The translations under genes and the position numbers were made by a program. This document shows positions 25,774-34,589 of a DNA stretch of 64,000 bases, piece after piece (position 1 is the first letter of the stretch; every line of letters starts with the position of its first letter). Below the pieces are notes generated by a model. The model ran no database searches. It worked only from the letters and a program-made list of their open reading frames with translations, and had not been told where the DNA came from. This stretch comes from a virus, in the IMG/VR virus record IMGVR_UViG_3300045988_166693, positions 1 to 64,000 of that record, one strand, 5' to 3'.

Positions 25774-26478
25774 TTATTCCTCTTTTAGTGTGTCACTCAT
25801 TAATTTTTCTGTCAATCCATATAGTTGGCCTGCAATAAATGATCTGGTTTGGGGAGAAGCTGTACTGATAAACTCCGCCATGTCTTTATACATTGTTTTC
25901 CATTTTACCAGCCCGTTATTTGAAGATTCACTTTTCTCCGGTTCTTTTTTACGAAAAGCAACCCTGATATTGTAAGGGTTAGGCCATTGATATGGATCAC
26001 AGTCTGCTTCCTGCAATATTGCCTTTTCTGGAATTTTGACATAAACGTCTCGCTCTACTTCTGCTTCATAAACATTCTGGTCACAAAACCAATAGGAACG
26101 ATTTATTTGTAATACTCTCAATGATATAGGCAGAAGGTCTTTTAACCACCATTGTTCGCTCGAAAATGTTTCACGCAAATCTTTCTCTCCTTTAATAACT
26201 ACATTATCACCTACAATGTATTTGGGATTCTGAGGGTGAGAAAAATCTCCGTATCTGTAATCAATTAAGCACTCATGTACGCTGACATCAGTTCTTTCTT
26301 TCAAGAAATAATAGAATTTCCCATCTACTTTCCTCATACCTGTTACAACAAAGTTTTTTCCTAAGTATTTCATCAAAGCTTTATTACTTTCTACATTGTA
26401 ACTGATTTTATTTGCTTCTTCAAGGGTTTTTACTCTTACCCTGTCTCCTATTTTAAATTTTGGCTTCTTGCTTCTCAT
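25774..26478 (-). CDS. Hypothetical early protein
   Basis: 234-aa ORF. Confidence 0.55.
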   Translation of the reverse strand: MRSKKPKFKIGDRVRVKTLEEANKISYNVESNKALMKYLGKNFVVTGMRKVDGKFYYFLKERTDVSVHECLIDYRYGDFSHPQNPKYIVGDNVVIKGEKDLRETFSSEQWWLKDLLPISLRVLQINRSYWFCDQNVYEAEVERDVYVKIPEKAILQEADCDPYQWPNPYNIRVAFRKKEPEKSESSNNGLVKWKTMYKDMAEFISTASPQTRSFIAGQLYGLTEKLMSDTLKEE

Positions 26479-26493
26479 GATATTATTTTTATT

Positions 26494-26790
26494 TCATTCT
26501 CCTTCTAATTTAGTGATAACATAATCGGCTTTATTCCATCCTGTATAAAAGGAAACGGCTGCAATCCTGGCTTTTAAAACCTTTTCCGGGAAATCTTCAT
26601 TTAACAGTTTTCCTTTCCGGTAGTGTGCAACGAGTGAAGTTGCATCTACGACGAAGGAACCGCTAATAGCAGGGTACTTTTTCAGGGTTTCTTCGATAAA
26701 CTCTCCGACAGTATATTGCCTGTCAAAATCCACATATCCTCCAACATAGGGAGAAGCATGAGTGGGAAAGACTCTAATTAGTTCAAACAT
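26494..26790 (-). CDS. Hypothetical early protein
   Basis: 98-aa ORF. Confidence 0.5.
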   Translation of the reverse strand: MFELIRVFPTHASPYVGGYVDFDRQYTVGEFIEETLKKYPAISGSFVVDATSLVAHYRKGKLLNEDFPEKVLKARIAAVSFYTGWNKADYVITKLEGE

Positions 26791-26815
26791 AGGCTATGTA
26801 CTTCGATTTATGGTT

Positions 26816-27040
26816 TTATTCAACTATCAAGTGATTATGAATTTCCATAATTTTCAGAATCCGAACTTCACATCTCATAATCCCTAAATCTTTTGCTATG
26901 GCTCCTTTTGCCGCCTGATGAAGGGTTGAATGATCCGTCTGCTCTTCTTCTGTACGGGCCGGAAGAAGGTATTCTTCACGGAATCTAACCGGAGGTGTAC
27001 CGGCTTCAAAAACCACGGAAAAGTTCTTTTTTATTAGCAT
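26816..27040 (-). CDS. Hypothetical early protein
   Basis: 74-aa ORF. Confidence 0.45.
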   Translation of the reverse strand: MLIKKNFSVVFEAGTPPVRFREEYLLPARTEEEQTDHSTLHQAAKGAIAKDLGIMRCEVRILKIMEIHNHLIVE

Positions 27041-27043
27041 TTG

Positions 27044-27358
27044 TCATTCTCCTCTCAACTTCTTATCCAGCATGATCTGCAGTGCTTCATCGCCGCGTCC
27101 CATCTTATTCATCATTTCACCGACCTGCTTATCGAAATCGCTGCTTTGCAGGCTTACAAGGGCTATCATGGCGAGTGCCTGTATCTGGCTTGGCTGAATG
27201 GCTGTTACTTCTATTACTTTTTCAAGCATACCGGCATCCGAGAATCCTCTTTCTTTCATGGAAAGAAGACCTTTTGCATTTTTCGTGCTGGACTCTATTG
27301 TCTGAAGTATGTATTTCAATACTCCTCTTTTATCTTTCAATAAATCTGCAATATCCAT
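27044..27358 (-). CDS. Hypothetical early protein
   Basis: 104-aa ORF. Confidence 0.5.
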   Translation of the reverse strand: MDIADLLKDKRGVLKYILQTIESSTKNAKGLLSMKERGFSDAGMLEKVIEVTAIQPSQIQALAMIALVSLQSSDFDKQVGEMMNKMGRGDEALQIMLDKKLRGE

Positions 27359-27380
27359 AAGCTTATTAAATTAGTATAGG

Positions 27381-27575
27381 TTAATCTACCTTCTCCTGTT
27401 CCACTTCCTTTGCAAGTTCATGACCGATAATCTCTCCACAAATTGGGCATTTCACATTTTCATGACCTGTAAAGACGTTAGTTCTAATATCTTCATGTCC
27501 GTATCTAAGTAGAGACTTACATTTAGGACACTCGACCTCCCATTCTTTTATTTCACCTTCTCTTACGACTCTCAT
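27381..27575 (-). CDS. Small zinc-ribbon protein
   Basis: 64 aa with CPKC...CPIC. Confidence 0.5.
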   Translation of the reverse strand: MRVVREGEIKEWEVECPKCKSLLRYGHEDIRTNVFTGHENVKCPICGEIIGHELAKEVEQEKVD

Positions 27576-27600
27576 GACTCATATCTTTCAATTATAATTA

Positions 27601-28089
27601 TTAGCTTTTCGGCATTTTCATAAAACACATCCAGATAGTCGTACCGTTATTCTTTGTAGTATGGCCAAACAAAGGTTTGTAATCCGTAATAGCATTGATT
27701 ACTTCCTTTACTTTTATCTGGTCCTGATTCCACTTGAAGATAAGTACGCCGTAATCATCCAGCACTCGCATACATTCATGTATGGAGTCATTAATAAAGC
27801 TTTTCCAGTCTTTTGGAAGTTTTCCATACTTTTTGGCCAACCAACTGTTTTCACCGGCTCTTACCAAATGTGGCGGGTCAAACACGACCAACTTAAACGT
27901 GTTATCAGCAAATGAAAGGTTTGTGCAATCCTCTATTTTATCAGGCTTCACAGATATTTTGCGACCATCACAAAGTGTATCTTCAAAATCGCGTATGTCA
28001 GTAAATAAAGCAAGCGTATTCTCTTTATCGAACCAGAACATCCTGCTTCCACAACATACATCAAGTATTGGTTTATTTTGCTTTCCCAT
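27601..28089 (-). CDS. Orphan SAM-dependent DNA methyltransferase (amino-MTase type, DPPH motif)
   Basis: Motif I-like LDVCCGSRMFWF and motif IV VVFDPPH. Only 162 aa, and no adjacent restriction gene was recognised. Confidence 0.65.
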   Translation of the reverse strand: MGKQNKPILDVCCGSRMFWFDKENTLALFTDIRDFEDTLCDGRKISVKPDKIEDCTNLSFADNTFKLVVFDPPHLVRAGENSWLAKKYGKLPKDWKSFINDSIHECMRVLDDYGVLIFKWNQDQIKVKEVINAITDYKPLFGHTTKNNGTTIWMCFMKMPKS

Positions 28090-28423
28090 CCTTCTTCAAT
28101 TTCTTCACTTCCTTCACCATCAGCAATGCTTCTCCCAGAGTCTTTCCAGATTTCACAATTTCAAAGGTTTTCTTTCTGCCTAATGCCTTGTAGACTGGAA
28201 TCCACTCATTCTGTATCATATCGGCCGGCTCACCAGGAGGTATTGCTATCAAATCGTTTGCAAAGTGAGGGCTGGTCGGATCACTCAGTTCGAGTAAAGT
28301 AATTCCGTCTTTATTTACTATTGAATACTCTTTCTTATTGATAGTCACAGCCCCATAATAGCGGACAACAGAGAGATAGCTATTCCTCCAATAGGCTTCT
28401 TCCATGATTATAGGAACTTCCAT
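28073..28423 (-). CDS. Hypothetical early protein
   Basis: 116-aa ORF. Confidence 0.5.
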   Translation of the reverse strand: MEVPIIMEEAYWRNSYLSVVRYYGAVTINKKEYSIVNKDGITLLELSDPTSPHFANDLIAIPPGEPADMIQNEWIPVYKALGRKKTFEIVKSGKTLGEALLMVKEVKKLKKDGKAK

Positions 28424-28425
28424 TA

Positions 28426-28791
28426 TTAATACTCCTCCTTTCCTAACCTTTTCCCTTCCTCTTTCAAGGCTTGAAGCTTCGCAAAAAGTCCGCTTGGCTT
28501 ATTCTGCATTTCTTTCGCTGTGATTTTCTTGAACGCCATACCGATGGCAATCATTGAAAGAGCGGTTTTTATCTGCTGAATGTCGCTGATTGGTGTATTA
28601 GTGTCCTGTAGCGTATCTTCATTAATTGCCACATTCTCTAATTCGTTCATTGCTTCTTCAGCATCCTTTGTGCTAAATCCTGATATCTGCATCACGGCTT
28701 TGATAAAATCCTTTTCCACTTCAAACGTGATACTTACTTTTTCATTCTGATTGTTTTCCATAATTATCAATTTAAATATCTTTTGTACCAA
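28426..28791 (-). CDS. Hypothetical early protein
   Basis: 121-aa ORF. The alternative start at Met-11 (28761) would remove the overlap with the upstream gene. Confidence 0.5.
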   Translation of the reverse strand: MVQKIFKLIIMENNQNEKVSITFEVEKDFIKAVMQISGFSTKDAEEAMNELENVAINEDTLQDTNTPISDIQQIKTALSMIAIGMAFKKITAKEMQNKPSGLFAKLQALKEEGKRLGKEEY

Positions 28792-29227
28792 CTAAATTTT
28801 CATTTCCATTAAAAGGGACGATCTTCTTGTAACTGCGTCCTGAACACACATAGTAAGTTGTTCCACGAGTGGTTGAACGTATGTGACTGAAAATGTCGTA
28901 TCGCCATTCGCCCCGGCCATCGAAGCCTAAAACCGGCATGCCAGGAGTAAAGGTGTTCACTTCCGGTATCTCAAGCATAAGGTCAAAATCGCTTTCCGGA
29001 TTGAACTTTTTAAAATGTGCTCCGTTTGCAGCAAAATGATAGCAATCTTCCGATACCCCCGGAATAAGCACTGTTGCACATATAGGATAGTCTATATTAG
29101 CCATATCGAACATAAGGATTTTGGATGGATAGCCTTTTCTCGTCACAATCTTTCCTTCCATTTCTCCTGAAGTGATCTTCTTCGCCATTTCCAGATCGAA
29201 CGGTACTTTCATAAATTTATTTTCCAT
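28772..29227 (-). CDS. Hypothetical early protein
   Basis: 151-aa ORF. Confidence 0.55.
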   Translation of the reverse strand: MENKFMKVPFDLEMAKKITSGEMEGKIVTRKGYPSKILMFDMANIDYPICATVLIPGVSEDCYHFAANGAHFKKFNPESDFDLMLEIPEVNTFTPGMPVLGFDGRGEWRYDIFSHIRSTTRGTTYYVCSGRSYKKIVPFNGNENLVGTKDI

Positions 29228-29233
29228 AACTCA

Positions 29234-29527
29234 TTAATTAAAAATCTTTTCCAATTCTTCTTTTGTGTACCAGCTTTGAATGTTCAGCGGTTTTATACTA
29301 TATAGCATATCCCGATAGGTATATTTATCATAAAACCACTTTATTGCATCCGTATAATTAGGGTCTCCTCTTTTCTCGTGACGATCGTTATAACATTCAG
29401 CAACTTCAGCCAACAAACATCTGAATTTATGCACTTTCCTGTTCCTGTAAAGAATATGTACACAGAATATCAGTGCTATCCATGAAATTATTTTTAATAA
29501 AATCATTATACTTTCCATATCTCCCAC
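29234..29527 (-). CDS. Hypothetical membrane-anchored protein
   Basis: 97 aa. N-terminal helix IMILLKIISWIALIFCVHILY. Confidence 0.5.
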   Translation of the reverse strand: MGDMESIMILLKIISWIALIFCVHILYRNRKVHKFRCLLAEVAECYNDRHEKRGDPNYTDAIKWFYDKYTYRDMLYSIKPLNIQSWYTKEELEKIFN

Positions 29528-29531
29528 TATT

Positions 29532-29828
29532 TTAATGTCCTATACCCAGCTTAATCGGAACAGAAGTGTCCACAAACAAATGACCTACAAACGAGCCGTT
29601 GAAAAGTATAAAAGTTCCTATATACACCATGTAAGGATCAATATTTATCTCTTCACCGGTCATGATCATACGGAACTTTACTCCCCGTTGTGGCATTGAT
29701 TCATCTTCTACCGCCCAGATATATGCTTTCTCGTTTACAACTGCTAGTTTCAGTAGTATGCAATCTTCATGTAGCGGAAGCTTGAACTCTGACGCTGCCG
29801 GGATTTCATGTTTTAAGATTCTTGCCAT
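29532..29828 (-). CDS. Hypothetical early protein
   Basis: 98-aa ORF. Confidence 0.5.
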   Translation of the reverse strand: MARILKHEIPAASEFKLPLHEDCILLKLAVVNEKAYIWAVEDESMPQRGVKFRMIMTGEEINIDPYMVYIGTFILFNGSFVGHLFVDTSVPIKLGIGH

Positions 29829-29849
29829 ATTCTTTTCTTTTTAAGGTTA

Positions 29850-32800
29850 TTAATCATCTTCAAAACGCTTCTTTTCCTCCCACTCTTCATCGGTTTCCGG
29901 GCAGGAAAGTATCTCCTTGGAGTCTTTGGGTTCCTCACCCAGCTTGTAGAAAAAGCACACACGGGTAAATTTTCGGGTGCGTTCCTCACGGCGGATCGTG
30001 TCGTTCAAGAACTCCTGCTCCCAGGCGTAGTGACGGGGGTATTTGGAGCCTTTGTCCGAGCGGTAGACGATGGAAGGGTTCATGGTGTACTGCATATTGA
30101 AGCAGTAAGCCTGCATCTTTTCTATCATTTCATTCTTCACGGATTTCACACTCTGCATCGTCACCGCGTCGCCCCGGTGTTCCAGGTAGCTGATGGCCAT
30201 TTCACTGATGGACACCGGCCTTTTCCAGTGCCACTGGTTTGCAAAGAAATGGTTGGCCCAGTCAATGAATACCTGATCCTTGATGGCGGAGTAAAGGATT
30301 CGCATCTGTCCGTCCTGTGACATGGGAGGTATCAGGCTTTCCTGCAGGCCGAGGTAGAACTGGCAGCTTTGCAGCATCATGTACACCGCTTCGTCGCGTT
30401 CCTCTTCGGTGGCTTCCAGGAAGATGTCTTTCCCGAACTTCGTCTGCGGCGTGCGTTTCTTGAACTGGCCGGCGTAGTCCTCGTCGTGATAGTAATCGCT
30501 CTGCATGGCCAGGAAGATACGGCGTGAGGTGCTTCCTTCGGTCATGTCGAACGGCATCTTGTTCATGGTAATGAATATCTTCGGGGTTGCCTCGCGCGGC
30601 AGTGTCATTTCATCGTGATACAGGGTCTTTACCGTAATGTTGTCCGTAATGTTATAGAACTCGCTGCCCATCATGTCGGGACGAAGGTCGTCTATCAGAC
30701 ACATGCTGTCTACGGTATAATGGAACTTATCGAAGTTCTTGGCCATGTTCTCTTTCTTCTTCAAGGTCTGACCGGGGATGTAGCACACCTTCCGTACCAG
30801 CTCGAAGAAGGAACGGAAGAAACTTTTTCCGGTACCTCCGCTGTTCTTTCCTTCGTCGGCCACGGTGTACTCCGTCACGACTCCCATCTTCTGCATGGTG
30901 CCTGTACGGTATCGCGAAAGCATGTAACCCATCAGGGCAACCTTGCAAATGAAGTGCATGTCCTGTCGCTGCTTTTCCAGCTCGGTAAGCGGATAGCCTT
31001 CGGCTTCCTTTCGCCAGTGTATGCGGCTGGTGTCGTACAGCCACTGCACGCAGACAGGCATCTGGTCAATGTCTTTCGGCATTTTCAGCAAAAAGCGGTA
31101 CAGACGCTGGTAGGCGATGAACTCCGCATCCTCACGGCGGCGCTCGTTCTCGTTCATCCGCTTGTCGGCCATTCGCTGATCGTTCAGCTCCTTACGTGCG
31201 GCGTATTCCGGATTCTCCTCGATGGTGAACAGCGGGGACTTGAGCGGATGGTAATCAGCGTCGATGATGGCCTTGCGGTTTACATGGAAAGGCAGGTCCA
31301 CGTAGTCCACCGGCTCAATGCTGTCGGCCGTCACCTTCACGGCGCAGTTGCGGAAGAAGAAATAATCAAAATCTTTTCCCCACGACATGAAGTTCAGGTC
31401 TACTTTCTTAATGCCGGACATGGTGTCGCGTCCGATTTTCTTCTGGGTACTGATGGCGTTGCTCAGTTCCTCGGAGTAATACTGTGAGTTGTATATCAGG
31501 AAGTCTTTCATGATTTCCTTGGCTTCGCTCAGTGCCTGGCTCTCTTCCACCACATCGACTATGTTATTGCTGATATGCACGAACTTGGTGGTATCCGCTT
31601 CGTCGGTGTATTTGTAGAATCCGTTGGCCGAAAGGAACTGGGCCATGTTGTCGAAGTTCAGGGTGTATTTTCGCACCACCACCTTGCTCTCGTCTTCCTG
31701 CTTTTTGGTCTGGTACTGCACATCCCAGAAGCGCATACGGCGGGCGGTCTTGAGCAGGTCGTCGAAGTAGCGGTTTACGTTGGTGTGCATGAGCTTTTCA
31801 TTGCGGCGCATCACTGCCGGGTAGAAATTGAAGAACTCTTCGGCATCCTTGCATGCTTTCCCGCTGCGGGGATTGTACTGGGTGGAGAGGTCTTCGGGAA
31901 GGTAGAGCACTTTCAGTTCCACGTGTTTCAGGGCCATCCTGTTCATGGCGCGGATTCCGGTGCGGTCGATGTCATACAGCACAAACACTTCCATGGAGAT
32001 GTTCAGCAGGCGACGGATGGTTTCCGACGAAATCTCCACACTCTCGGAGTGGGGAAACACCACATGAGCGTCGCTATGGAAGTACACATTGATGGCATCG
32101 CGCGGGCCGGAACAGATTACGATACGGCAGAATACGTCGGCAAAAGCGCGGGTGCGCCGTCCTTGCTCGTCCACACGGGTTTTGTCTATGTTGATAATGG
32201 GATGTCCTTCCTTGTCGGAGGTCTCCACACGTCCGGTCTGCAGGGCACGCATCACGTCTGCATCGCCGTAGATTTCCTTGTGGAATCCTTCCGGGCGGCT
32301 TCCTCCCTGGTACCACCATGTAAACTTGTAGTTGGGCTGTCGGCGGCCGTCCGCATCGGTCGTCTCGCGGAAATAGGGCTCGTACTTCCGTGCCCACCAG
32401 CCGTTCTCGTCTTCGTAGCGGAAAAGGAATACCGGGTAAGAAGGTGTGGACTTCACTTCGTAGCTGGTCAGCACGCCGTCGGAATCGGCCTTTTCGGGGG
32501 TAACGTAGCTTTCCAGCGGATAGAGGTTGAAAATGGTGCTTAGCTGGGTGCTGTCGAAGGGAGCGGGCATGTCGCCACGGTAAAAATCGGGATTGAACGA
32601 ACAGCGCAACAGGTTGTTTCCGTCGGCATCGGTCACGGCTGTCTGCTCGGTGCCTTCGCTTGTGTTTTTCCCGGTGCGGAACACGGGGAGCACCTGACAG
32701 CCCAGCGCACGGAGCTCAGCGGGTGTAAACTCGCCCTTACGGATGCGGAAATCCACTTCCGGCTGCGGGGCGGTCTTGCGTGCCCGGTGGAAGAACCCGT

Positions 32801-33161
32801 TCTTGTAATCTCCTTCAATAATCAGGTTAAAGTCTTTGGCCAGCCGGTTCACCGCGTCCGGAAAGTCGTGTTTCTCTCCTGCGCGTTCCAGAAGGCGCTG
32901 CTGCAGCATGATGGCCCCTACCCCTTTGCTACGGTTCTGCTCGCCGCATACGAAGCAATTGAAGGCGGCATAGCGTTCTCCCTTTGGCGGGAACTTGCTC
33001 ACACAGAAACTCCCGTTCTTCTCCTGATGGAACGGACAGCGGTAGAATACGCTGCGTGCGGTCTGCGAAGCCGGCAGATATCCGTTGTTGCGCATCACGT
33101 CTGCCAGCGGAAGCGCATTGAGCTTATCTATTGTTTTATCCGAGAACATGATGATTTTCAA
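29850..33161 (-). CDS. DNA primase-helicase (CHC2 zinc finger/primase N-terminus, P-loop helicase-like C-terminal half)
   Basis: 1103 aa. CPFHQEKNGSFCVSKF is a CHC2-type zinc finger. Walker A EGKNSGGTGKSFF and Walker B-like MCLIDDL lie in the C-terminal half. Confidence 0.8.
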   Translation of the reverse strand: MKIIMFSDKTIDKLNALPLADVMRNNGYLPASQTARSVFYRCPFHQEKNGSFCVSKFPPKGERYAAFNCFVCGEQNRSKGVGAIMLQQRLLERAGEKHDFPDAVNRLAKDFNLIIEGDYKNGFFHRARKTAPQPEVDFRIRKGEFTPAELRALGCQVLPVFRTGKNTSEGTEQTAVTDADGNNLLRCSFNPDFYRGDMPAPFDSTQLSTIFNLYPLESYVTPEKADSDGVLTSYEVKSTPSYPVFLFRYEDENGWWARKYEPYFRETTDADGRRQPNYKFTWWYQGGSRPEGFHKEIYGDADVMRALQTGRVETSDKEGHPIINIDKTRVDEQGRRTRAFADVFCRIVICSGPRDAINVYFHSDAHVVFPHSESVEISSETIRRLLNISMEVFVLYDIDRTGIRAMNRMALKHVELKVLYLPEDLSTQYNPRSGKACKDAEEFFNFYPAVMRRNEKLMHTNVNRYFDDLLKTARRMRFWDVQYQTKKQEDESKVVVRKYTLNFDNMAQFLSANGFYKYTDEADTTKFVHISNNIVDVVEESQALSEAKEIMKDFLIYNSQYYSEELSNAISTQKKIGRDTMSGIKKVDLNFMSWGKDFDYFFFRNCAVKVTADSIEPVDYVDLPFHVNRKAIIDADYHPLKSPLFTIEENPEYAARKELNDQRMADKRMNENERRREDAEFIAYQRLYRFLLKMPKDIDQMPVCVQWLYDTSRIHWRKEAEGYPLTELEKQRQDMHFICKVALMGYMLSRYRTGTMQKMGVVTEYTVADEGKNSGGTGKSFFRSFFELVRKVCYIPGQTLKKKENMAKNFDKFHYTVDSMCLIDDLRPDMMGSEFYNITDNITVKTLYHDEMTLPREATPKIFITMNKMPFDMTEGSTSRRIFLAMQSDYYHDEDYAGQFKKRTPQTKFGKDIFLEATEEERDEAVYMMLQSCQFYLGLQESLIPPMSQDGQMRILYSAIKDQVFIDWANHFFANQWHWKRPVSISEMAISYLEHRGDAVTMQSVKSVKNEMIEKMQAYCFNMQYTMNPSIVYRSDKGSKYPRHYAWEQEFLNDTIRREERTRKFTRVCFFYKLGEEPKDSKEILSCPETDEEWEEKKRFEDD

Positions 33162-33451
33162 GAAAGAAATGTTATTTCAAAATTCATGCCTTCCATTACC
33201 GAACTGATCATCGACTTGAGGTCATCTTCGCCGCACATCCATGGATCAGGATTCCCGAGCAGGATGCCTTCATCGGTCACCTGACCGCTTTCGGCATATC
33301 CGTCGTGTACCAGTTCGTCACACAGGGTTCGCATGCGGGCCTGTGAGAGTCCGTCCATTTCCAGACGGATATCTTCTTCCTGTCCGATGATCCTGCAGGT
33401 AGCATGATGCTGCTCGAACTTGCGTTCGTATAGTCCTTTGTAGTGCATCAT
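33158..33451 (-). CDS. Hypothetical early protein
   Basis: 97-aa ORF with 4-nt overlaps on both sides. Confidence 0.5.
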   Translation of the reverse strand: MMHYKGLYERKFEQHHATCRIIGQEEDIRLEMDGLSQARMRTLCDELVHDGYAESGQVTDEGILLGNPDPWMCGEDDLKSMISSVMEGMNFEITFLS

Positions 33452-34074
33452 CTTAACCGTTTGCCTTCGAGCATCTTCATCAGCTCCGGGCGGGTGGATA
33501 CGCCCAGTTCCGCAAAGATGCGCTTCCGGATGTTGTCAATATTGGAATAACTGCATCCCAGTCTGTCTGCGATCTCTTCGTATGAAAGTCCGGTGTTGAC
33601 CATCAGATCGGCCACTTCAGCCTGCGTGTTGGTCAGCCCGCATTCATATATCGGGTTGCAGCACACCTGTTTCTTGTCGCGGTATGCAGGATTGAATCCG
33701 TTGAGCGGACAGTTGTAGCGCTCCGGACAGAGAGTAAATTCCGAGTTGAAATCGTCCGGTCCCTCGTGGTCGGGAATGTTGTCCTCCCGGCCGAAACAGC
33801 AGTTCAGACTGATCAGGGCCAGTTCAGCCATGTATCTTCGCTTGATCTCGCGAATGGTCTTGTAAGAACGTCCCAGACGCATGCGCAGCTTGATGTCGCA
33901 CGCCTCCAGGTGTGACGGATAATTTTTCCGCATTTCCTCCAGATATTCCTCAACAAAGGCAAATCCTGTCACTCCGTCGTTTTTGACCGTCAGTTCCTCC
34001 CCGTCCTCGAAAACAATTCTCGATAACCCGTCTCTCAAATTTGTATGTGCTTCCCACTTTCTGTTCATTCTCAA
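33448..34074 (-). CDS. LuxR-type (sigma-70 region 4-like) HTH transcriptional regulator with a Cys-rich middle region
   Basis: C-terminus LTNTQAEVADLMVNTGLSYEEIADRLGCSYSNIDNIRKRIFAELGVSTRPELMKM fits the LuxR_C HTH. It is the second gene of the early leftward operon. Confidence 0.7.
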   Translation of the reverse strand: MRMNRKWEAHTNLRDGLSRIVFEDGEELTVKNDGVTGFAFVEEYLEEMRKNYPSHLEACDIKLRMRLGRSYKTIREIKRRYMAELALISLNCCFGREDNIPDHEGPDDFNSEFTLCPERYNCPLNGFNPAYRDKKQVCCNPIYECGLTNTQAEVADLMVNTGLSYEEIADRLGCSYSNIDNIRKRIFAELGVSTRPELMKMLEGKRLR

Positions 34075-34451
34075 TCCTCCAGCTGTTCCATGTATTCCTT
34101 ATAAATATTATCCAGTCCTTTCAGCTCCACGTCCGAAAAGTCGAAGGCACGGAAGCGGATACTGACTGTCCGTCCGCCCATACCCATCTTTTCACTCATA
34201 AACTTCCGGAAACTTCCCTTATCCGGAAGAGATTCGTAGAAATCTTTCGCATCACCGCTGTATTCGGGTGAGAAAAGCGCGATGCAGCCTGATATCCCCA
34301 CCAATTCCCATTTGCGGAAACGGGACGTGCGGATCTTGGGATAAGCCGTCGATGCGGACATGCCATACTGCTCCACCAGGTACCGCGTAAAGCCCAGTCT
34401 GAACGGCTTGTGTTTCTGATCAACTAACCGGCTAATAGTGCTTTTTTTCAT
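34071..34451 (-). CDS. First early-operon gene, possible Cro-like/HTH protein
   Basis: 126 aa. Segment FTRYLVEQYGMSASTAYPKIRTSRF looks like an HTH. Divergent from the repressor-like gene. Confidence 0.4.
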   Translation of the reverse strand: MKKSTISRLVDQKHKPFRLGFTRYLVEQYGMSASTAYPKIRTSRFRKWELVGISGCIALFSPEYSGDAKDFYESLPDKGSFRKFMSEKMGMGGRTVSIRFRAFDFSDVELKGLDNIYKEYMEQLED

Positions 34452-34521
34452 ACTCTTTTCCTTTTTCTCAACTTTTTAGAAATGCGTTTTTGAATGTTTT
34501 TTGTTATATTTACCATCCAAA

Positions 34522-34537
34522 GTAACGAAAAAGTTAC
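34522..34537. promoter_or_regulatory. Inverted repeat GTAAC-N6-GTTAC in the divergent switch region
   Basis: Read directly in the 138-nt gap between the divergent genes 34071..34451 (-) and 34590..35900 (+). Confidence 0.35.
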
Positions 34538-34589
34538 GATAAAACTCACTTTTTTGAAATGTTTATAACAATTTTTAAACTATCACTCT

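Noticed and set aside
30615-32543. 290-aa and 322-aa plus-strand ORFs opposite the primase-helicase
   Set aside because: These are antisense shadow ORFs with no motifs. The minus frame has a zinc finger and a Walker A motif.
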